Assembly (NCBI RefSeq): GCF_016862995.1
Contig: NZ_BOOA01000031.1
Span: forward strand, 1-64,000
Length of the DNA stretch: 64,000 nucleotides
Reading direction: 5' to 3'
From: Acrocarpospora phusangensis
GTDB taxonomy: Bacteria > Actinomycetota > Actinomycetes > Streptosporangiales > Streptosporangiaceae
Shown here: positions 58,066 through 64,000 of the stretch, piece by piece
Position numbering within the stretch: position 1 is the first letter of the stretch
Layout of the letters: every line of letters starts with the position of its first letter
The notes under the pieces: generated by a model
Seen by the model: only the letters and a program-made list of their open reading frames with translations
What the model was told of the DNA's origin: nothing
Database searches by the model: none
Translations under genes and position numbers: made by a program

Positions 58066-61000
58066 GTGGAATTCCGGGTTCTGGGGCCTATCGCGGTGAT
58101 CGGCGCGGACGGCGGCCCGCTCGACATCGGCCCCGCCCAGCAGCGTGCGGTGCTGGCGCTCTGCCTCCTGGCCGCGCCCCGTCCGATGAGCGTGAGCCGC
58201 CTCATCGACGCCCTCTGGGAGGACGGCGCTCCCGCCGGCGCCGTCAACACCGTCCAGGCGTACGTGTCGAAGCTGCGCCGCGTGCTCGAACCCGGCCGGG
58301 CCCGCAGAGGCGCGGCCTCCATCCTGGTGAGCAGACCCGGCGGGTACGCGCTGGACATCCCCGACGAGGTCGTGGACCGCCGCCGGGTCACCGCACGGGC
58401 GGCCGAAGGCCGGCGGCTCCTGGCCGCCGGAGATCCCGCCAAAGCGGTCAGAGAACTCCGCCTGGCCCTCAGCGAATGGCGCGGCGAACCGCTGGCCGGC
58501 TTCGAGGACCAGAGCTGGGCCAAAGACGAACGCCTCGCCCTCACGGAACTGCGCCTCTCCCTGGTCGAGGACGCCGCTGAAGCCGACCTGGCGCTGGCCC
58601 GAGGCTCCGACCTGGTCCCCGACCTCACGCTCCTGGTCTCCGCCCACCCCCTGCGCGAACGCCTCCGCCGCCTCGCCGCCCACGCCCTCTACCAGTCCGG
58701 CCGCCAAGCCGACGCCCTCGCCACCCTCGCCGAGGGCCGCCGCCTCCTCGTCGACGACCTCGGCCTCGACCCCGACCCCCGTTCCCGCGACCTCGAATCC
58801 CGCATCCTCTCCCAGGACCCCGCTCTCACCCCGGTTCCCCTCTCCCCGGCCACCCCCACACCCGCCCCCACCGTCGTCCTCGGCCGCACTACCGAAACGG
58901 CCACCCTCCACCGCGCCATCACCACCCCCGGCCACCGCGTCGTCCTCATCTCCGGCGAACCCGGCATCGGCAAAACCAGCCTCGTGGAATCCGCGGCGCT
59001 CCAGCGCGAACCCGGTTCGCTCGGGGATGCCGTCCCCCCTTCCCGTCAACGGGACGAACCCGGCTTGTCCGGGTATGCCGGGCGCGGTGCGGACAGTCGA
59101 GTCGTATTCGGGCGGTGCTGGGATGGGGGTGGGGCGCCGCCGTTCTGGCCGTGGGTGCAGGTGGTTCGCGCGCTGACCGGGCAAGCCGGGGAACTGGCTG
59201 AGATCACCGGGGCGACCGGTGAGTTTCCGATGTTCGAGGCCGTGGCCCGGCTGCTCAACGCCGGGCCGGTGCTGGTGGTGCTGGACGACCTGCAGTGGGC
59301 GGACGCGTCCTCGTTGCGGCTGCTCGACTTTCTGGCGAGTACGCGGCCGTGTCCGGAGTTGACCGTGCTGGCCACGTACCGGGACACCGAGGTGAGTGAG
59401 CCGCTGGCGCGTACGCTGGCCACGCTGTCCCGGCTGCCGCATGTGGAGCGCGTCACGCTCGGCGGGCTTTCCGAGGACGCGGTCGCCGAGTACCTGGAGC
59501 GTTCCGGGGCGGATCCGGCGCGGGCGGCCGAGGAGTTGCGCAGGACCGGGGGCAATCCGTTCTTCCTGAGCCTGGGCGAGGAGGCTCCCGGGGCGGTGGC
59601 CGACGTGCTGCGGGGGAGGCTGGCCGCGATGCCGCCCGGCGCGCACGACGTGCTCAGCGCGGCGGCGCTGATCGGCCGGGAGGCCGAACTGGGAGTGCTG
59701 CTGGACGTGCTGGACCTGCCCCAGGACGACGTCCTCGACGTGCTCGACGAGGCCGTACGGTCCCGGCTGCTCACCGAACGCTCCCTCGTCTACGCCTTCT
59801 CGCACGACATCGTCAGGGACGTGCTGCGCGACGGGCTCGCGCCACTGCGCCGCCGTCGCCTGCACGCCCGGGTGGCGGCCGTCCTGGAGGGGCGTGGCAC
59901 CCACCTGGCCGAACTCGCCTACCACTACCGGGAAGGGCTGGTCATCGCCGGCATGGCGGCCAGGGCCATCGAGTACGCCAGGCAGGCCGCCCGGCACGCG
60001 ACCGAGCAGTTCGCGTACGAGGACGCGGCCGGGCATCTGGAGCAGGCCGTGGCGCTGACCGGGCAGCTGCCGGTGACCGACCTCGAGCTCAAGTGCGATC
60101 TGCTCCTGGAGCTGGCCGAGGCGCAGTCGGTGGCCGGGATGAACTCGCGCGTGCACGCCACCCTAGACGAGGCCGCGGCCCTGGCCGACCGGCTCGGGGA
60201 CGACGAACGGCTGGCCAAGGCCGCGCTCGGGTTCTCCGACCCGCTGGGCTGGGCGATGTACGAGGAGTGGGCGGCCTCGGAGGCGCTGCTGGGGCGGATC
60301 GACCGGGCGCTGGCTCAGGCGGGGGAGCGGTGGCGGTCGCCGCTGCTGGCGGCTTCGGCGATCATGGGGTCGTTCATCCGGCCGCCGGGGGAGAGCCGGG
60401 AGCTGGCGGCCCGGGCCGTACGGGAGGCGCGGGACGACCGGTCGCGGCTGCGGGCGCTGAGCGCGGTCGAGATCCTCTCGCGGGGGATCGCCGGGGCCGC
60501 GGAGCGGCGTGAGCTGGTGGCGCGGATGGCGGAGAGCGCGGCGGCCACCGGCGATCTCGTGGACGAATGGCTGGCCGGCGAGGCGCGCTACGTGGAGATG
60601 GTCTCCTCCGGAGAGTTCACGGCCGCGGGCCCGCTCCTGGACTGGCTGCGTCAGACCGCCCGACGCTTGCGCCAGCCCTCCCTGATCGGGCTCGCCGAAT
60701 GGCAGGCGGCGATCCGGGCCTACCTCGCGGGCGACCTGGACACGGCCATCGCCGAAGCCGAGGAAGCCGCCCGCGCCCACCCCGAAGGCGCCCTCGGCGG
60801 CGACGGCGCCCAACTACGCGCCCTGCTCATGCGCGCCCAGACCGCCCGCCTCCGCGGCGACCTCCACACCGCCCTGACCATCGCCGACAACGTCCTCGAA
60901 ACCCGCCCAGGCCAGCCCGTCTGGACCGTCCTGCGCTGCCACACCCTCCTCGACCTGGGCCGCCACGACGAAGCCGCCGCCATCTTCACAACCCTCGCCC

Positions 61001-61275
61001 AGGACGGCTTCGCCACCATCGCCAGCGACCTCACCTACCGTTTCATCCCCGACTCCCTCAGCCGCATCTGCGCCACCCTCCGCAACCCCCAAGCCGCCGA
61101 AGCCCTCTACACCCACTTCCACCCCAACAGCGGCCGCCTCCTCGGCTGGTCCATCACCGACCTCTGCCTGTCCCACCTGGCCCGAACCCTGAACCGCCCC
61201 ACCACCGCCACCCACCACCTCACCGCCGCCCACCACTTCCTCACAACCTCCGGCCTCCCAGCCCTCACCGAATAG
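58066..61275 (+). CDS. AfsR/SARP-family transcriptional regulator (BTAD plus NB-ARC ATPase plus TPR)
   Basis: SARP OmpR-like wHTH and BTAD N-terminus ('VEFRVLGPIAV'). P-loop 'GEPGIGKTSL'. C-terminal TPR. A GTG at 58066 is preferred over the AT-rich-codon ATG at 58039. Confidence 0.8.
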   Translation: MEFRVLGPIAVIGADGGPLDIGPAQQRAVLALCLLAAPRPMSVSRLIDALWEDGAPAGAVNTVQAYVSKLRRVLEPGRARRGAASILVSRPGGYALDIPDEVVDRRRVTARAAEGRRLLAAGDPAKAVRELRLALSEWRGEPLAGFEDQSWAKDERLALTELRLSLVEDAAEADLALARGSDLVPDLTLLVSAHPLRERLRRLAAHALYQSGRQADALATLAEGRRLLVDDLGLDPDPRSRDLESRILSQDPALTPVPLSPATPTPAPTVVLGRTTETATLHRAITTPGHRVVLISGEPGIGKTSLVESAALQREPGSLGDAVPPSRQRDEPGLSGYAGRGADSRVVFGRCWDGGGAPPFWPWVQVVRALTGQAGELAEITGATGEFPMFEAVARLLNAGPVLVVLDDLQWADASSLRLLDFLASTRPCPELTVLATYRDTEVSEPLARTLATLSRLPHVERVTLGGLSEDAVAEYLERSGADPARAAEELRRTGGNPFFLSLGEEAPGAVADVLRGRLAAMPPGAHDVLSAAALIGREAELGVLLDVLDLPQDDVLDVLDEAVRSRLLTERSLVYAFSHDIVRDVLRDGLAPLRRRRLHARVAAVLEGRGTHLAELAYHYREGLVIAGMAARAIEYARQAARHATEQFAYEDAAGHLEQAVALTGQLPVTDLELKCDLLLELAEAQSVAGMNSRVHATLDEAAALADRLGDDERLAKAALGFSDPLGWAMYEEWAASEALLGRIDRALAQAGERWRSPLLAASAIMGSFIRPPGESRELAARAVREARDDRSRLRALSAVEILSRGIAGAAERRELVARMAESAAATGDLVDEWLAGEARYVEMVSSGEFTAAGPLLDWLRQTARRLRQPSLIGLAEWQAAIRAYLAGDLDTAIAEAEEAARAHPEGALGGDGAQLRALLMRAQTARLRGDLHTALTIADNVLETRPGQPVWTVLRCHTLLDLGRHDEAAAIFTTLAQDGFATIASDLTYRFIPDSLSRICATLRNPQAAEALYTHFHPNSGRLLGWSITDLCLSHLARTLNRPTTATHHLTAAHHFLTTSGLPALTE

Positions 61276-61369
61276 CCGAGCCCCGCTGGGCGCCCGACTC
61301 CGCAGGCCTCTCCAACCTGGGCAAGTAGCCGCCAAGACGGAGGCAAGCCGCTTCCGCGACCCTGTCCGC

Positions 61370-62074
61370 ATGGTTGGACCACATCGCATCGCCCCCGACA
61401 CCGTGCTCATCCCGAGACTCGAACGGATCGAGGACGGCTACACCGCCATCAACACCATGGTGATCACCGGGCGGGAGCCGGTCCTGGTGGACACGGGCGC
61501 CGCGATGCACCGCGACGCCTGGCGTGAGGACGTCTTCTCCGTGGTCGACCCCGCGGACGTGCGCTGGATCTTCATCAGCCACGACGACCCCGACCACATC
61601 GGCAACCTCCCCCTGGCCCTGGACCTCTGCCCCAACGCCACCCTGGTCACCTCCCCCCGCCTGCTCCACCCCCTCAGCGACCGCACCCACCCGATCACCG
61701 ACGGCGACGCCTTCCACGCCGGCGACCGCGTCCTCACCGCCGTCCGCCCCCCGCTCTACGACAACTCCACCACCCTCGGCCTGTACGACGACCGCAGCGG
61801 CGTCTACTGGTCCGCCGACTGCTTCGGCGCCATCACCCCAACCCCCACCCTCGACGCCGCCGACCTCCCCCTGGACGACTACCTGGACTCCCTCCATCAC
61901 CACAGCACCACCCTCAGCCCCTGGCACGCCTGGCTGGACCCCCACGCCCACGGCCACTACCTGGACCACCTCGCCACCATGGAACTCACCGCCATCACCA
62001 CCGCCCACGGCCCCACCATCACCGGCCCCCACATCCCCCGCGCCTTCGACACCCTCCGCGACCTCCACCACTAA
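61370..62074 (+). CDS. MBL-fold metallo-hydrolase
   Basis: 'ISHDDPDH' (HxHxDH variant) metal-binding motif. 234 aa. Confidence 0.7.
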   Translation: MVGPHRIAPDTVLIPRLERIEDGYTAINTMVITGREPVLVDTGAAMHRDAWREDVFSVVDPADVRWIFISHDDPDHIGNLPLALDLCPNATLVTSPRLLHPLSDRTHPITDGDAFHAGDRVLTAVRPPLYDNSTTLGLYDDRSGVYWSADCFGAITPTPTLDAADLPLDDYLDSLHHHSTTLSPWHAWLDPHAHGHYLDHLATMELTAITTAHGPTITGPHIPRAFDTLRDLHH

Positions 62075-62315
62075 CCCTCACTCGACTTCGACCCCCAAGG
62101 TGCCGGCGCAGGCATCGCTCATGCTCGTCCCGGTGAGCAGTGTCCTCACGGCGGCGGGATTCACCTCGGGCGGGATGCACCGCGGTGGCGTGGATGGCGA
62201 GATGCGACTTCGGAGGATCACTGGTTGCTCTCGGTTGTCCACCGAAGGTGTGGTCACGTGGGCTTAACACGGGAACGGTGGGCAGGGAGTGGGGATGGCG
62301 TGGACGATGGGTGGC

Positions 62316-64000
62316 ATGCGGGAGATATGGCCGGGGGATCCCTATCCGTTGGGGGCTACCTATGACGGGGCGGGGACGAACTTCGCGTTGTTCAGTGAGG
62401 TGGCGGATGGGGTGGAGCTGTGTTTGTTCGACGCGGAGGGGGTGGAGGAGCGCGTCCCGCTGAGTGAGGTGGAGGCGTTCGTCTGGCACTGCTACCTGCC
62501 GGGGGTGCAGCCGGGGCAGCGGTACGGGTACCGGGTGCACGGGCCGTACGAGCCGGCGAAGGGGTTGCGGTCCAATCCGCGGAAGTTGCTGCTCGATCCG
62601 TACGCGAAGGCGATCGAGGGGGCGATCCAGTGGGACCAGGCGGTGTACGGCTACAACTTCGGGGAGCCGGACAGCCGGAACGACGAGGATTCGGCGCCCT
62701 TCATGCCGCGGTCGGTGGTGATCAATCCGTTCTTCGGGTGGGGGCATGACCGGCCGCCGGCGACGCCGTACCACGACACGGTGATTTATGAGGCCCATGT
62801 CAAAGGGCTGACGATCAATCATCCGCGGATTCCGGAGCGGATCAGGGGGACCTACGCGGCGCTCGGGCACCCGGAGATCATCGACCACCTGACCAGCCTG
62901 GGCGTGACGGCGATCGAGTTGATGCCGATTCACCAGTTCGTCAGCGATGACGTGCTGGAGAAGCGGGGGCTGACGAACTACTGGGGATACAACACCATCG
63001 GGTTCTTCGCGCCGCACAACGCGTATTCCAGTTCCGGGGAACTGGGCGGGCAGGTGCTGGAGTTCAAAGCCATGGTGAAGGCCATGCACGAGGCCAATAT
63101 CGAGGTCATTCTCGACGTGGTCTACAACCACACGGCCGAGGGCAATCATCTGGGCCCCACGCTGGGAATGCGCGGAATCGACAACCGGAACTACTACCGG
63201 CTGGTCGAGAGCGACCCGAAGCATTACATGGACACCACGGGGACCGGAAACAGCCTCCTGATGCGGTCGCCGCACGCGCTGCAGCTGATCATGGACTCGC
63301 TCCGGTACTGGGTCACCGAGATGCACGTGGACGGCTTCCGCTTCGACCTGGCCTCCTCGCTGGCCCGGGAACTGCACGACGTGGACCGGCTGAGCGCCTT
63401 CTTCGACCTGGTGCAGCAGGACCCGGTGCTGTCGCAGGTCAAGCTGATCGCCGAACCCTGGGACGTGGGGCCGGGCGGGTACCAGGTCGGGAACTTCCCG
63501 GCGCGGTGGACGGAATGGAACGGCCAGTACCGGGACACCATCCGGGACCTGTGGCGGGGTGAGCCCGCGCGGCTGCCGGAGTTCGCGTCCCGGCTGACCG
63601 GCTCCAGCGACCTGTATCAGGACGACAGCCGCAGACCAGCCGCATCCATCAATTTCGTGACATGTCATGACGGGTTCACGCTGGAGGACCTCGTCTCGTA
63701 CAACGAGAAGCACAACGAGGCGAACGGCGAGGACAACCGGGACGGCGCGAACGACAACCGGTCGTGGAACTGCGGGGTGGAGGGCCCGGCGACCGGGCCG
63801 GTGGCGCAGCTCAGAGAGCAGCAGAAGCGGAACTTCCTGGCGACGCTGTTCCTGTCCCAGGGCGTGCCGATGCTGTCGCACGGGGACGAACTCGGGCGTA
63901 CGCAACAAGGGAACAACAACGCCTACTGCCAGGACAACGAGATCAGCTGGGTGGACTGGCACGAGAACTGGCTGCTGCTGGACTTCACCCGGCGCGTGTC
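62316..64000 (+). CDS. glgX: glycogen debranching enzyme GlgX (5' part; runs off the window end)
   Basis: Not in the ORF track because no stop falls inside the window. Manual translation from ATG 62316 gives '[38 protein letters not shown]...' and GH13 regions ('GFRFDLAS', '[16 protein letters not shown]'). An alternative in-frame ATG lies at 62295. Confidence 0.85.
   Translation, partial: MREIWPGDPYPLGATYDGAGTNFALFSEVADGVELCLFDAEGVEERVPLSEVEAFVWHCYLPGVQPGQRYGYRVHGPYEPAKGLRSNPRKLLLDPYAKAIEGAIQWDQAVYGYNFGEPDSRNDEDSAPFMPRSVVINPFFGWGHDRPPATPYHDTVIYEAHVKGLTINHPRIPERIRGTYAALGHPEIIDHLTSLGVTAIELMPIHQFVSDDVLEKRGLTNYWGYNTIGFFAPHNAYSSSGELGGQVLEFKAMVKAMHEANIEVILDVVYNHTAEGNHLGPTLGMRGIDNRNYYRLVESDPKHYMDTTGTGNSLLMRSPHALQLIMDSLRYWVTEMHVDGFRFDLASSLARELHDVDRLSAFFDLVQQDPVLSQVKLIAEPWDVGPGGYQVGNFPARWTEWNGQYRDTIRDLWRGEPARLPEFASRLTGSSDLYQDDSRRPAASINFVTCHDGFTLEDLVSYNEKHNEANGEDNRDGANDNRSWNCGVEGPATGPVAQLREQQKRNFLATLFLSQGVPMLSHGDELGRTQQGNNNAYCQDNEISWVDWHENWLLLDFTRRV

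Noticed and set aside
62019-63962. 647-aa minus-strand ORF
   Set aside because: Antisense of glgX, whose forward frame shows unmistakable GH13/GlgX sequence.

Overview
This is a 64 kb window of very high GC DNA (about 70-73%) with strong third-position GC bias in real genes. That fits a chromosomal region of a filamentous actinomycete, possibly Streptosporangiales- or Streptomyces-like; this is inference from composition and gene content only. The six-frame ORF track is dominated by spurious antisense or frame-shifted ORFs rich in Pro, Arg, Gly and Ala. I selected coding frames by balanced amino-acid composition, recognisable family motifs, signal peptides or transmembrane segments, and ATGA/GTGA start-stop coupling between neighbours.

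The window has about 55 genes. They are mostly housekeeping, regulatory and secreted-protein genes:
- biosynthesis and central metabolism: MazG-like pyrophosphohydrolase, standalone trpF, NAD kinase, inositol monophosphatase, a partial glgX at the 3' edge;
- regulators: MarR with DoxX, LysR, MocR, LacI overlapping a Ser/Thr kinase, an ECF sigma/anti-sigma pair, an OmpR/histidine-kinase pair, an AfsR/SARP regulator;
- secreted or envelope proteins: GH43 with a ricin-B domain, a DNRLRE protein, a spherulin-4/FN3 protein, a class-A beta-lactamase-like lipoprotein, a DUF4331-TPR pair, a DUF305 lipoprotein;
- transport and activation: ActP with DUF485, two acyl-CoA synthetases.

The most unusual loci are:
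- A tightly translation-coupled three-gene module of an NfeD/YqiJ-like membrane protein, a flotillin and a 1592-aa multidomain AAA+ ATPase, preceded by an ECF-sigma-type promoter. This is the best candidate for an undescribed membrane-associated system.
- An oxidase-sulfotransferase-P450 overlapping operon that looks like a cryptic tailoring cassette.
- A membrane-anchored pentapeptide-repeat protein next to a decayed IS3 remnant.
- Two non-coding tandem-repeat loci: three 46-bp hairpin units, and degenerate repeats of about 107 bp containing G-quadruplex motifs.
- Several palindromic operators, a DUF2075 nuclease/helicase-like gene, and a frameshifted secreted-protein gene.

No rRNA, tRNA or CRISPR array was recognised.
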